Of a stretch of DNA of 64,000 bases, positions 39,201-48,667 are shown in pieces. This stretch comes from Bacteroidetes bacterium MED-G13. GTDB taxonomy: Bacteria > Bacteroidota > Bacteroidia > Flavobacteriales > Flavobacteriaceae. The notes under the pieces are model-generated. The model worked only from the letters and a program-made list of their open reading frames with translations. It ran no database searches and was not told the DNA's origin. The stretch is from assembly GCA_002457735.1 (NCBI GenBank), contig NTKO01000003.1, positions 10,248 to 74,247 on the forward strand, read 5' to 3'. The position numbers and the translations under genes are program-made. The stretch's first letter is position 1; the number at the start of each line of letters is the position of its first letter.

Positions 39201-39419
39201 AATATTCAATTAGGATATTCTTTATCAGATTCAGTTACTAAAAAACTAGGATTTAGTCAAATTAGGGCTTACATGCAAATTAAAAATGCTCTAACATTAA
39301 CGGAGTATTCTGGCTATGATCCAGAAATTTCCGTTGGTGGTGTCCTTAATACAGGAATAGATTACGGAACATATCCTCAACCCAGGATTTGGTCTTTAGG
39401 AATGAATTTCAAATTTTAA
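36276..39419 (+). CDS. susC: SusC/RagA-family TonB-dependent outer-membrane transporter
   Basis: 1047 aa with a signal peptide, a CarboxypepD_reg-like N-domain (GLITDADNGEPLAGVNIVV), a plug region with DEIVVIGYGSQK, and a C-terminal ...GMNFKF. Confidence 0.93.
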   Translation: MKNKVSLLFVYFSFILGFHAQDLSGLITDADNGEPLAGVNIVVQDQNQGAVSDFDGKFNIEKFEYGSTLVFSYVGYKTLSLKISSVDFLDFKNINVTLESDFSELDEIVVIGYGSQKLSDISGAVSTVNSDAIESGTPVRVEDALQGQASGVNIISSGSPGSKPTVLIRGISSYAGNDPLVVIDGVSASIDDLNSVNPNDIKSVNILKDAALASIYGVKGGSGVIVITTKTGKKNSKTSFHVSTSTGFQEVVKKIDVLNAAEYVAVLNEASVNSGQGIVFPDISGYGIGTNWQDEVLNDAPIVNHSISASGGSKNTSYYVSASYTGQEGVVGDGDKSFFNRTSFTTNIDTDLNEKTKLIINTNYSNIKGKSLPENGITSVLSNALNFDPTVNPYKESELLLGSNGTTLFQEHTSENGSFGTSETITQEIVNPLAQIYNTYNQNKVNKFTGKIELQYDLIEDLKITSRFGYTYVDIYDKSFVPLQFYGTGHNQTNSEPDLSPTVSVDSEGNSISTHNRVTEGHTNYFTYTYELYGNYDFSIDDLHNFQTVAGFSIGESKGSNISATNEDVPFNSWSYADVSAATGNALQQTSGSWQYINRNLSYFSRILYDFDEKYYASLTARMDGSTSFGMDNKFGIFPSTSFGWVISKEDFFQNIPIDFLKLRASYGSLGNDNISPQFALISTFPSYVFNGNITSGSSLGSIPNNDVSWENQVQTNIGIDSRFFGNKLSLSVDYFQKTVDDLLFSPNLSLYLGTPSFPTSNIGSTESSGIDANISFNTNISSLSIASNLNFTTATNKVISINNGDKYIWGAGYGIPYRQIVRFEEGFSPGYFYGYVTDGLFQNQSEIDNHATQTENSTFPGDIRFVDLNSDGIINDSDRTQIGDPFPDFTIGWNLNLDYKSFDLSVFTYASVGNDIYRAYERNLSYTNRFASVLDRWTGDGTSFEEPRVTFIDSNNNNRASDRYIEDGSYLRIKNIQLGYSLSDSVTKKLGFSQIRAYMQIKNALTLTEYSGYDPEISVGGVLNTGIDYGTYPQPRIWSLGMNFKF

Positions 39420-39429
39420 ATAAATAATA

Positions 39430-40890
39430 ATGAATAATTTTAAAAATATCTTTGTTTATATTTTACTTCTTTTAAGCCTAAACAATTGTACTGATCATGT
39501 AGATTATGAAGCAATTGAAAATTATGCAATAACCGCAGAAGTTTACTTTCAACAAGAATCAGATTATGAGGCTGCATTGGTAGGAACCTATGATCCATTA
39601 CAATGGATGTTTTTCAACATACAAATAGGAGCAATTGCATCAGATTTATCGCTATGCGGGGGAGAAAGTGCTTCAGATTATTTAGGTCTACAGGAAATTA
39701 ATAACATGACCCACTATCCTGAAAATGATGTATTATCCAATATTTGGAGTTGGTTGTATGAAGGGGTAAATAGAGCAAATTACATGGAAGAAAATAAATC
39801 AAATATTGAATTTGACGGAAAAGAATCAATGTATGGTGAAGTATACTTCTTGCGTGCTTACTATTATTTTCAACTTGTAAAGTTTTTTGGTGATGTTCCA
39901 CTTTTTACTGATGCTAGATTGACAGCAGGAGATTCAGGAAGTTTAACTAGAACTGCTGCTAATCTTGTTTACGAGCAAATAGAATTAGATTTACAAAATG
40001 CTATTTCAGTATTACCAAACTCCCAACCTGAGCAGGGCAGGGTAAATAAATTTACTGCACACGCTTTACTTGGAAAGGTCTTGTTGTTTCAAGATAAATT
40101 TGCAGAGTCTGCTCAAGCTTTTGATCAAGTTATTGGAGTCTACTCATTAGTTTCTGACTATGGTAGTCAATTTTTAAGATTTGGTGAAAATGGATCTGAA
40201 TCAGTATTTGAAATTCAATATACAAATCAGTCTAATTGGTATGATTGGAATTGCATTCAATGTAGTGAAGGGAATTATGGAATAATAATGAATGGGCCAA
40301 GAGGATGGTCAGGTCCTGAATATGCACAAGGATGGAGTTTTAACGTTCCTACAGAAGAATTTTTTAATTCTTTTGAGGATGGAGACTCGAGGAGAGAGGC
40401 AACAATATTAGATATTCAGGAATTTGCTGATCAGACGGGTTCCTCTTACACAGAAGGTTATGATCATACAGGGTATTTTAATAATAAATATATTCCACGT
40501 GCAGGAGAGTCTGGAGGCCAAATAGAATTAAATTACTTGACAAATTATAGGGTAATAAGATATTCTGATATTTTGTTAATGGCTGCAGAAGCATTAAATA
40601 GAGGTCAAATTGATGATGCAACGGCTCTCCAATATTTAAATGAAGTGAGAGAAAGGGCATTCGGAAGTTCGGATAATAATTTGAATCTTTCAGGCTCTGC
40701 ACTGACAGATGCAATATGGCTTGAAAGAAAACATGAATTGGCTCTTGAGGGGCACAGATTTTTTGATTTGGTTAGAACTGGTCAGGCATCATCAACAATC
40801 CCTGGGTTTATAGCTGGCAAGCATGAAGTTTTTCCAATCCCACAGCGGGAAATTGATATCTCTGGTTTAGAACAAAACCCTAGTTACTAA
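39430..40890 (+). CDS. susD: SusD/RagB-family glycan-binding lipoprotein
   Basis: 486 aa with a lipobox (LSLNNC) and TPR-like SusD core motifs (FLRAYYYFQLVKFFGDVPL; ERKHELALEGHRFFDLVR). Confidence 0.9.
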   Translation: MNNFKNIFVYILLLLSLNNCTDHVDYEAIENYAITAEVYFQQESDYEAALVGTYDPLQWMFFNIQIGAIASDLSLCGGESASDYLGLQEINNMTHYPENDVLSNIWSWLYEGVNRANYMEENKSNIEFDGKESMYGEVYFLRAYYYFQLVKFFGDVPLFTDARLTAGDSGSLTRTAANLVYEQIELDLQNAISVLPNSQPEQGRVNKFTAHALLGKVLLFQDKFAESAQAFDQVIGVYSLVSDYGSQFLRFGENGSESVFEIQYTNQSNWYDWNCIQCSEGNYGIIMNGPRGWSGPEYAQGWSFNVPTEEFFNSFEDGDSRREATILDIQEFADQTGSSYTEGYDHTGYFNNKYIPRAGESGGQIELNYLTNYRVIRYSDILLMAAEALNRGQIDDATALQYLNEVRERAFGSSDNNLNLSGSALTDAIWLERKHELALEGHRFFDLVRTGQASSTIPGFIAGKHEVFPIPQREIDISGLEQNPSY

Positions 40891-40899
40891 ATAATATAT

Positions 40900-41736
40900 A
40901 TGAAAATGAAAAAAATAGTTTATCTAAGTAAAATTTTATTCCTCTCATTATTACTTATTGGGTGTGTTGAGGAAAAAAATGAAAATTATGATTTTATTCA
41001 GACAATAAGCGACCCACAGAATATAAGTGCTGAAATATATGTGGACGAAAATACAGGAACTGTATCTGTTACACCAATGGGTGAAGGTGTAGTTTTATAT
41101 GAAATAAATTTTGGAGATGAGTCTGCTGAAAATGAATCTGTAGATCCCGGGGAAAGCATCGATCATTCTTATTTAGTTGAGGGGATTTATACAATAACTA
41201 TTTCTGGATTTGGTTTGAACGGATCTGTTGTACAATCTAGTTATGAGGTTGATATTCCCTACATTATCCCAGAAAGTTTGATTATTCAAAATTTTGAAGA
41301 TGGGGTTTCTTTGAGTACTTTTTCTTTTGGAGGTGCAAGCTCTGGAATAATAGTTACAAATCCAGATCCATCTGGTGAAAATACAACTGAAAATGTATTG
41401 GAGTTCAACAAGTCTGAGGGAGCTGAGGTTTGGGCTGGTATGGGATTTACTATTGATGTTTTAGAATTTAATGATCAAACAAGTTTTCAATTAAAATCTT
41501 ACTCCCCTGAAGTTGGAAAGCTGATCAAGGTTAAACTTGAAACGGTACAAGGAAACGTTGCAGGATTAACTCACGAAGTTGATGTTGTAACAACTGTTGC
41601 CAACGAGTGGGAAACATTGGTATATGATTTCTCAGAGGCACCAGATCTTGAATATGTTTCATTTATAGTATTTTATGATTTCGGAAATACAGCTGAAGGA
41701 ACTTACAGGCTTGATGAAATTCAATTAATTGATTAA
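40900..41736 (+). CDS. surface glycan-binding lipoprotein: PKD/Ig-like domain plus CBM-like beta-sandwich
   Basis: Lipobox LIGC, a PKD-like segment (YEINFGD...HSYLVEGIYTITISG), then a CBM4/9-like C-terminal domain (NFEDG...WAGMGF...YRLDEIQL). Position downstream of susD is typical of SGBPs. Confidence 0.6.
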   Translation: MKMKKIVYLSKILFLSLLLIGCVEEKNENYDFIQTISDPQNISAEIYVDENTGTVSVTPMGEGVVLYEINFGDESAENESVDPGESIDHSYLVEGIYTITISGFGLNGSVVQSSYEVDIPYIIPESLIIQNFEDGVSLSTFSFGGASSGIIVTNPDPSGENTTENVLEFNKSEGAEVWAGMGFTIDVLEFNDQTSFQLKSYSPEVGKLIKVKLETVQGNVAGLTHEVDVVTTVANEWETLVYDFSEAPDLEYVSFIVFYDFGNTAEGTYRLDEIQLID

Positions 41737-41746
41737 TATTAAAATT

Positions 41747-42631
41747 ATGAGAAGATTAAAATTTTTATTTATATCCATACTTATTTTTAGTTTTTTTGGA
41801 TGTGAGCAGGATGATTATGAGTTTGGAGATATTCAAAGTCCAACTAATTTAATTATAACAGCTGAAATTCAGGGTGCTGATGATGACAATCCATTTGGTG
41901 ATGGAAGCGGATATGTGACATTCACAGCTATTGCAGATGATGCAATTTCTTATAAATTCAAAATTTCAGATGAAGAATTTTTAGCATCCGGTGGAATACT
42001 GACACACAGATTTACAACAATTGGTACTTTCATATATGATGTTGAGGTACTAGCTTCAGGAACTGCAGGAATTATGTCAAATGGAGCTATTTCTGTCGAA
42101 GTTTTATATTCTTTTCAGCCACCAGCAGAGCTTTTGGAAGATTTAACCAGTGGCAGTTGGAGAGTAATGGCCGAGGCTCCAGGACACTTAGGTGTTCATG
42201 CAGCAAATACTTTTCATGATGGTGTTAACACATTTCCTGTTTGGTATAGCGCTGCTCCTTTCGATAAATCTGAAACGGGAATGTACGATGACAGGTTAAC
42301 ATTTAATGCTGATGGTACTATGGATTATGAGGCTTTTGATTATATTTTCGGAAAAGATGTGCCTTTGGAAGAAGATTTTTCTGGAAATCAGGGTCTAGAA
42401 ACTGATGATGGAGAACATGATTTTTATCCAATCGAAGACTTTACATCAAACTGGTCAATATCTGAGGAAGATGGTTATTTAGTAATTAACTTTACTGGAA
42501 ATGGTTTTGCAGGTTTTTATGTTGGGGGAAATCATTCTTACACGATCACTTATCGTTCATCAACCGAGATGTATTTAAAGACTATTGGGTTTGATAACAA
42601 TGCCTGGTATATTAAGTTGACAAATCAGTAA
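41747..42631 (+). CDS. surface glycan-binding lipoprotein (Ig-like N-domain plus uncharacterised C-domain)
   Basis: Lipobox FFGCEQ. The N-domain shares the NPFGDGSG...ADDAISY motif with the N-domain of the adjacent GH16. ATG 41747 is preferred over the track start at 41729. Confidence 0.5.
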   Translation: MRRLKFLFISILIFSFFGCEQDDYEFGDIQSPTNLIITAEIQGADDDNPFGDGSGYVTFTAIADDAISYKFKISDEEFLASGGILTHRFTTIGTFIYDVEVLASGTAGIMSNGAISVEVLYSFQPPAELLEDLTSGSWRVMAEAPGHLGVHAANTFHDGVNTFPVWYSAAPFDKSETGMYDDRLTFNADGTMDYEAFDYIFGKDVPLEEDFSGNQGLETDDGEHDFYPIEDFTSNWSISEEDGYLVINFTGNGFAGFYVGGNHSYTITYRSSTEMYLKTIGFDNNAWYIKLTNQ

Positions 42632-42681
42632 TTTTTTGCAAATTATTTGATTTACTTTATTATTTAATCTGGTTCATATTT

Positions 42682-42689
42682 TATATTTG
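42682..42689 (+). promoter_or_regulatory. Bacteroidota -7 promoter box (TATATTTG) upstream of GH16
   Basis: Exact match 13 nt upstream of the GH16 ATG, in the only sizeable intergenic gap inside the PUL. Confidence 0.4.
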
Positions 42690-42701
42690 TAATTATTAAA
42701 T

Positions 42702-43799
42702 ATGAAACATTTTATTTACCCCATATTATTTTTATTTATTTTGGTGTCATGTTCTTCAGAAACATCAAATGATGAAAATCAACAATCCAATAATCCTGAC
42801 CCTGTTTATCCATCAGATTTAACAATTGATATTACAATTGTAGGAGAGTCATCAGACTTTCCAAATGGGGATGGATCTGGAGATATTATTTGTTTGGCAA
42901 GTGCATCAGACGCAATTAACTATGAATTTCGATTTGGAGCCGGTAATGTAATTGAATCTCAAAACGGACAGGTACAATTTTCATATTCAGAGCCTGGCTT
43001 ACTATCTAGAATAGTTTATGTTTATGCATATTCTAATACAGGTGACTATATTAGTACCTCCATCTCTTTTGATTTATACGTAGATGACCAAAATCAGTCT
43101 TTAGCTACTTGGTCGGAAGAATTTAATTACACTGGATCAATAAACGGAAATATTTGGACAGCTGAAATTGGAAATGGTAATAATGGTTGGGGGAATGGGG
43201 AATCTCAATTTTATACAGCCAATTCGGAAAATGTTAGGGTTGAAGATGGAGTATTGAAGATTACAGCGAAAAGAGAAAACTTTGCTGGATATAATTTCAC
43301 ATCCTCTAGAATTATTAGTTATAATAAATATGAATTTAAATATGGAAGAGTTGATATTAGAGCCAAATTGCCAGTAGGAGTTGGCACATGGCCTGCATTA
43401 TGGATGCTTGGAGCTAATTACACTGAAGTGGGATGGCCGGAGTGTGGTGAAATTGATATAATGGAACATTGGGGTCACGACCCAACAGTTATTGCTGGAT
43501 CGATTCATACACCCATGAGTTATGGAAATACTCAGACTCATGGTTATACTAATGTCAATGACTATAATCAAGAATTCCATACTTACTCTATTGATTGGAA
43601 TCAAAACAGGATACAATTTTTTGTTGATGATGTTTTATATTACACATATAATCCAAGTCCAAAAAATGATGAAAACTGGCCTTTTGATCAAGATGCGTTT
43701 TTTATTATTAATGTAGCCATGGGCGGTCATTGGTTTGATATAGATCCAAATTTTGTAGAATCAACTATGGAAGTTGATTATATTAGAGTATACCAATAA
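42702..43799 (+). CDS. glycoside hydrolase family 16 endo-beta-1,3-glucanase (laminarinase) lipoprotein
   Basis: Lipobox LVSCS, an Ig-like N-domain, and a GH16 core with WPALWMLG and the catalytic ExDxxE motif (GEIDIMEH). Confidence 0.9.
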   Translation: MKHFIYPILFLFILVSCSSETSNDENQQSNNPDPVYPSDLTIDITIVGESSDFPNGDGSGDIICLASASDAINYEFRFGAGNVIESQNGQVQFSYSEPGLLSRIVYVYAYSNTGDYISTSISFDLYVDDQNQSLATWSEEFNYTGSINGNIWTAEIGNGNNGWGNGESQFYTANSENVRVEDGVLKITAKRENFAGYNFTSSRIISYNKYEFKYGRVDIRAKLPVGVGTWPALWMLGANYTEVGWPECGEIDIMEHWGHDPTVIAGSIHTPMSYGNTQTHGYTNVNDYNQEFHTYSIDWNQNRIQFFVDDVLYYTYNPSPKNDENWPFDQDAFFIINVAMGGHWFDIDPNFVESTMEVDYIRVYQ

Positions 43800-43809
43800 A
43801 TTAAACATC

Positions 43810-46080
43810 ATGAAAAAAACATTTTATATACTACTTTCCTTTTTTACTTTAGCTTCTTGTAGTAATGCAAACTCAGAAGAAAATAAAAAGGAAAAATTTA
43901 TAGATAGTTTATTGTCAAAAATGACATTAGAGGAAAAAGCTGGTCAGATGAATCAGTATAATGGATTTTGGGATGCTACAGGTCCCATGCCAGAGGGAGA
44001 TTACCAAAAAAAAAGGTATAAAGAATTAAAAAATGGACAAGTAGGCTCCATGTTAAATGTAATTGGTGTTGATCAAATTCGTGCGCTTCAAAAAATTGCA
44101 GTTGAAGAAACTAGGCTTGGTATTCCGCTGATTTTTGGTCATGATGTCATTCATGGATATAAAACAATATTCCCCATTCCACTTGCTGAGTCATGTAGTT
44201 GGGATTTGGAACTAATGGAAAAATCTGCTAGAGTTGCAGCAACTGAGGCAAGTGCTGATGGATTACACTGGACATTTGCTCCCATGGTTGATATTTCTAG
44301 AGATGCTAGATGGGGTAGAGTTATGGAAGGAGCAGGTGAAGATCCATTTTTGGGAAGCCTAGTAGCTCAAGCTAGAGTTTCTGGTTTTCAGGGAAAAAAT
44401 CTCTCTGATGTAAATACGATTATAGGATGTGCGAAGCACTTTGCTGGATATGGGTTTTCTGAGGCTGGAAGAGATTACAATACAGCAGATTTTAACGAAT
44501 ATACTTTATACAATTCCATCATGCCACCTTTTAAGGCTGCAGTTGATGCAGGTGTGAGAACTTTTATGAATTCTTTTAATACTATTGATGAAATTCCAGC
44601 TACTGGTCATAAGAATATTCAGAGAGATATATTAAAAGGGGATTGGAATTTTGACGGTTTTATTGTTTCTGATTGGGGATCAATTGATCAAATGATACCA
44701 CATGGATTTGCTCGGGATGGTGAGCATGCAGCTGAATTGGCTGTTAACGCAGGTTCTGATATGGATATGGAATCAAGTTTATATGTAAGCAAACTTGTTG
44801 ATCTTGTTAAAAAAGGTAAAGTCAATATTGAAACCATTAATGATGCAGTTAGAAGAATACTGAGGGTAAAATATGAACTTGGTCTTTTTGATGATCCTTA
44901 TAAATACTGCAATAATGAAAGATCAAAACTAGAGCTAGCATCTGAAGAAAATATGAAAGTTGCACTAGAGGCTGGAATGAAATCAATTGTACTTTTAAAA
45001 AATGAGAAGTCTTTATTACCTCTTGCAAAAAGTGGAAATAAAATTGCTTTGATTGGGCCTTTGGCAACCGATAAAAATAGTCCTTTAGGAAATTGGAGAT
45101 CTCAGGCTGTATATAATTCAGCTTCCTCTGTTTTTGAAGGGATGAAAAATCTTTCTAAAAATAAAATTACGTATGCTAAGGGATTAGACCTGTATTATGG
45201 TCAAACTAATTTTCATAACAGGGTAAAAGTTAATTATGAGAACAAGTCTGGTTTTGGAAAAGCAAAATCAATTGCTTCTAAATCTGATGTCGTTGTAATG
45301 GTTCTTGGCGAAGAAGGACATCAATCGGGTGAGGGTAGAAGTAGAACAAATATAGGATTGCCTGGACTACAGCTTGAATTGTTAAAGGAAATTTACAAGG
45401 TAAATAAAAATATAGTTTTAGTAGTTATGAGTGGAAGACCTCTAGACTTGACATGGGAGGATGAACACGTTCCCTCAATACTTCAAGCCTGGCAGTTAGG
45501 CTCAAAATCAGGAGACGCGATTGCAAAAGTATTATTTGGGGATTATAATCCATCAGCAAAACTAACTATGTCATTTCCTAGAAATGTCGGACAGGTTCCA
45601 ATATATTATAATTTTAAAAATACTGGTAGGCCCAGTACATCAATTGAACAAGTAACAAATTCTGGCTATGCCGATGTTGAAAATAGTCCGCTTTATTCCT
45701 TTGGACATGGTTTAAGTTATACTAGTTTTTCATACTCTAATTTATCAATTGATAAAAATAATATGAATAAAAACTCTTTCGTCAAAGCATCCATTGAATT
45801 AAAGAATACTGGATCAAGAGTTGGAAAAGAAGTAGTTCAATTATATTTAAGAGATATTGTTGGTAGTATTGCAAGACCAATGAAAGAATTGAAAGGATTT
45901 AAACTCATTGAATTAAATCCAGGAGAATCTACAACTGTTGAATTTGTAATTGATAATTCTTTACTTGAGTTTTATACGTATAATAAAAAATGGGAGTCTG
46001 AGCCAGGAAAATTTCATTTATTTATTGGAGGAAATTCTAACGTTACTGAATACAAAGAATTTAATTTACTTGACAAATGA
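43810..46080 (+). CDS. glycoside hydrolase family 3 beta-glucosidase (BglX-like) lipoprotein
   Basis: Lipobox LASCS, MTLEEKAGQM, a nucleophile region GFIVSDWGS and a C-terminal Fn3-like domain. ATG 43810 is preferred over the track start at 43774, which overlaps GH16. Confidence 0.93.
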   Translation: MKKTFYILLSFFTLASCSNANSEENKKEKFIDSLLSKMTLEEKAGQMNQYNGFWDATGPMPEGDYQKKRYKELKNGQVGSMLNVIGVDQIRALQKIAVEETRLGIPLIFGHDVIHGYKTIFPIPLAESCSWDLELMEKSARVAATEASADGLHWTFAPMVDISRDARWGRVMEGAGEDPFLGSLVAQARVSGFQGKNLSDVNTIIGCAKHFAGYGFSEAGRDYNTADFNEYTLYNSIMPPFKAAVDAGVRTFMNSFNTIDEIPATGHKNIQRDILKGDWNFDGFIVSDWGSIDQMIPHGFARDGEHAAELAVNAGSDMDMESSLYVSKLVDLVKKGKVNIETINDAVRRILRVKYELGLFDDPYKYCNNERSKLELASEENMKVALEAGMKSIVLLKNEKSLLPLAKSGNKIALIGPLATDKNSPLGNWRSQAVYNSASSVFEGMKNLSKNKITYAKGLDLYYGQTNFHNRVKVNYENKSGFGKAKSIASKSDVVVMVLGEEGHQSGEGRSRTNIGLPGLQLELLKEIYKVNKNIVLVVMSGRPLDLTWEDEHVPSILQAWQLGSKSGDAIAKVLFGDYNPSAKLTMSFPRNVGQVPIYYNFKNTGRPSTSIEQVTNSGYADVENSPLYSFGHGLSYTSFSYSNLSIDKNNMNKNSFVKASIELKNTGSRVGKEVVQLYLRDIVGSIARPMKELKGFKLIELNPGESTTVEFVIDNSLLEFYTYNKKWESEPGKFHLFIGGNSNVTEYKEFNLLDK

Positions 46081-47105
46081 TCACTTTAAAAGAACTTGCA
46101 AAAGAACTTAATGTTTCAGTATCCACTGTTTCTAAGGCACTAAATAATAGCCTAGAAATAAGTCAGAAAACCATTGAAAAGGTAAAAAAACTTGCTAGAG
46201 AAAGGAATTATAGTCCTAATAAAATAGCATTGAGTTTAAAAAATAATAGGACTTTAACAATTGGAGTAGTAATTCCTGATATACTGAACAGGTTCTACGC
46301 TACAGTATTAAATGGTATTCAAGAATCAGCTGATCGCCACGGATATGATATTATAACCTTTACTACAAAAGAGTCTTTGGTAAAAGAAATGGACGGTTTA
46401 CAGATTTTGTCAAGGGGTACTGTTGATGGTATAATTATCGCAATTTCTGAAGAGACAATTAATAAAAATTATTTTAATCACCTGAAAGAGTTCTCTTTAA
46501 AAAATATTCCTCTTGTGATGTTTGATAGAGTTACTGATAAAATCAATTGTGATAAAGTTATAATTGATGATTTCCAAACTATATATAATGAGGTTGAAAA
46601 TCTACATAAGCAAGGGAGAAGGAAAATTGGTTTTATCTCAACCATTCATGATTTAAATGTTGGTAAATTTAGAGCAAATGGGTTTAGAAAAGCTTCCTTT
46701 GATTTATATGGATCCTTTGATAAAAATCTAATACTTAAGATTTCAAAATTAGAAGATAAACATGTGAAAATTAAGAATTATCTCAAAAAAAATATGGTAG
46801 ATTCAGTAATTTCAGCAGATATTGTTTGCGGTGTTATAACCATAAATATTGCAAGAAGTTTAGGATTAACTATTCCTGAGCAGCTTTCTGTTGTAGGATT
46901 TGGAGATAAAACAATCTCTGACTACTCAACACCAAGATTATCAACAATTGAACAAAATGGTAATCAGATTGGTTCTAGATCTGTTGATCTACTTGTGGAT
47001 AGAATGAATTCTAAGTGGTTTGGATTGAATAAAAACTTAAACGTATTTTCTACTGAAATAATACCTACAAATTCAATCCCTGGAGAATCAAAAGATATTA
47101 CTTAG
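46077..47105 (+). CDS. LacI-family transcriptional regulator
   Basis: N-terminal HTH ITLKELAKELNVSVSTVSKALNN plus a periplasmic-binding-protein-like sugar-binding core. The start overlaps the GH3 stop (ATGA). Confidence 0.9.
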   Translation: MITLKELAKELNVSVSTVSKALNNSLEISQKTIEKVKKLARERNYSPNKIALSLKNNRTLTIGVVIPDILNRFYATVLNGIQESADRHGYDIITFTTKESLVKEMDGLQILSRGTVDGIIIAISEETINKNYFNHLKEFSLKNIPLVMFDRVTDKINCDKVIIDDFQTIYNEVENLHKQGRRKIGFISTIHDLNVGKFRANGFRKASFDLYGSFDKNLILKISKLEDKHVKIKNYLKKNMVDSVISADIVCGVITINIARSLGLTIPEQLSVVGFGDKTISDYSTPRLSTIEQNGNQIGSRSVDLLVDRMNSKWFGLNKNLNVFSTEIIPTNSIPGESKDIT

Positions 47106-47582
47106 ATTATCTAAAAAAAGTTTTATATATAAAACTAAATAGATAACCGTAATCATACTTTTAGTAAAACCTGATATAATAAAACCTAAGAAAACTCCAA
47201 ATGCTGACTTCAAAGATTTTTTAAAGTTTTTGTTTAAAATCATTTCACCGGTTACAGAACCAATTATTGCTCCAATAAATATTCCAAAGGGAGCAAAAAA
47301 TAAACCTAGAATTATTCCTATTGATGCTCCAATAATCCCATATCTACTTGCTCCAAATTTTTTTGAAGTGTAAATAGGAATTATATAATCTAAAATAAAG
47401 ATACCGATTGCAATAATTAGACATATTAAAATCAGTTTACCACTGACTACAACATCCGTTACATTGCTAAAAATAAATAATCCAACCCATGAGCTTAATG
47501 GGCCCGGTAAAGCAGGTACAATACTACCAATAACACCTATTATCATCAAGGTAAAAGAAATGATAAGTAAAAATATATCCAT
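47088..47582 (-). CDS. DUF456 membrane protein
   Basis: 164 aa with 4 TM helices and the IGSIVPALPGP motif. Confidence 0.6.
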   Translation of the reverse strand: MDIFLLIISFTLMIIGVIGSIVPALPGPLSSWVGLFIFSNVTDVVVSGKLILICLIIAIGIFILDYIIPIYTSKKFGASRYGIIGASIGIILGLFFAPFGIFIGAIIGSVTGEMILNKNFKKSLKSAFGVFLGFIISGFTKSMITVIYLVLYIKLFLDNLSNIF

Positions 47583-47645
47583 TTTGAATTTAAAATTCTT
47601 TAAATAAATCGATTAACTTTATGAAAATATTGAATTATTATTTAA

Positions 47646-48119
47646 GTGAATAAAGTTTTTTGTTTATTTTTTTTCGCCATATTTTTTTCATGTGAATTTA
47701 AAATTCAAAAGAAGATTTCTGCTGACAAATATCTTGAGAAAGAACTCAAAACAATCGATTGGAACTCCGTTGATGAATTGCCTTTATTTGAAAGCTGTTT
47801 AAATTCTAGTATGGATAAGCAAAAATGCTTCATGTCATATTTTTCCAATCAGTTAAAAGAAAATTTAGTTGATAATGATTTTATTCTAAATAGAACTCTT
47901 ATTGACACCGTCTACTTTAATTTAAAAATTGATAAATTAGGGAATGTCACATATGAAAAAATTGAGATTAATGAGAATTTAAATAAATATAAAGATGCAA
48001 TCGAAATAGCTTTAAACATTACAATTAAAAATTTACCAAAAGTTTACCCAGCACTCAAAAGAGGTCAGCCAGTTGATGTAGAATTTAATTTCCCGTTATT
48101 AATATCAACCGAAAATTAA
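47646..48119 (+). CDS. hypothetical exported protein (possible TonB-C-like fold)
   Basis: 157 aa with a signal peptide and a C-terminal PALKRGQPVDVEFNFPL resembling TonB C-terminal domains. Weak evidence. Confidence 0.35.
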   Translation: MNKVFCLFFFAIFFSCEFKIQKKISADKYLEKELKTIDWNSVDELPLFESCLNSSMDKQKCFMSYFSNQLKENLVDNDFILNRTLIDTVYFNLKIDKLGNVTYEKIEINENLNKYKDAIEIALNITIKNLPKVYPALKRGQPVDVEFNFPLLISTEN

Positions 48120-48667
48120 TGGAAGAAAAAATTATTTTGGGAATTGACCCAGGAACAACAATTATGGGATTTGGATTAATAAAAGTAAAAGACAAAAAAA
48201 TGTCTTTAATTCTAATGAATGAACTAAATCTTACAAAATATAAAGATCATTATTTAAAATTGAAATTAATATTTGAAAGAACTATTTCACTGATAGAGTC
48301 GTATAATCCAGATGAAATAGCTATTGAAGCACCCTTTTTTGGTAAAAACATTCAAAGTATGCTTAAGTTAGGAAGAGCTCAAGGTGTTGCTATGGCTGCT
48401 GGTCTTACAAGAGAAATTCCGATTCAAGAATATTCACCGAAAAAAATAAAAATGTCAATTACAGGAAATGGAAATGCCAGTAAAGAACAGGTTGCAAAAA
48501 TGTTGCAAAGTCTTTTAAAAATTGAAAAACTTCCAAAAAATTTAGATTCAACAGATGGCTTGGCGGCAGCAGTTTGTCATTTTTATAATTCACAAAATAC
48601 TTTTGGTGAAAAAAAATATTCTGGTTGGGCTAGTTTTGTAAAAAATAACCAGCAAAAAATCAGATAG
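48119..48667 (+). CDS. ruvC: crossover junction endodeoxyribonuclease RuvC
   Basis: ILGIDPGTTIMGFG (catalytic Asp), EAPFFGKN, DSTDGLAAAVCH. Confidence 0.93.
   Translation: MEEKIILGIDPGTTIMGFGLIKVKDKKMSLILMNELNLTKYKDHYLKLKLIFERTISLIESYNPDEIAIEAPFFGKNIQSMLKLGRAQGVAMAAGLTREIPIQEYSPKKIKMSITGNGNASKEQVAKMLQSLLKIEKLPKNLDSTDGLAAAVCHFYNSQNTFGEKKYSGWASFVKNNQQKIR

Noticed and set aside
43774-43809. Upstream extensions of ORFs in the track: GH3 (43774), the second SGBP (41729) and NifU (20615).
   Set aside because: Each extension overlaps the preceding gene. It is followed by an ATG that begins a clean signal peptide with lipobox, or in the NifU case the conserved N-terminus.
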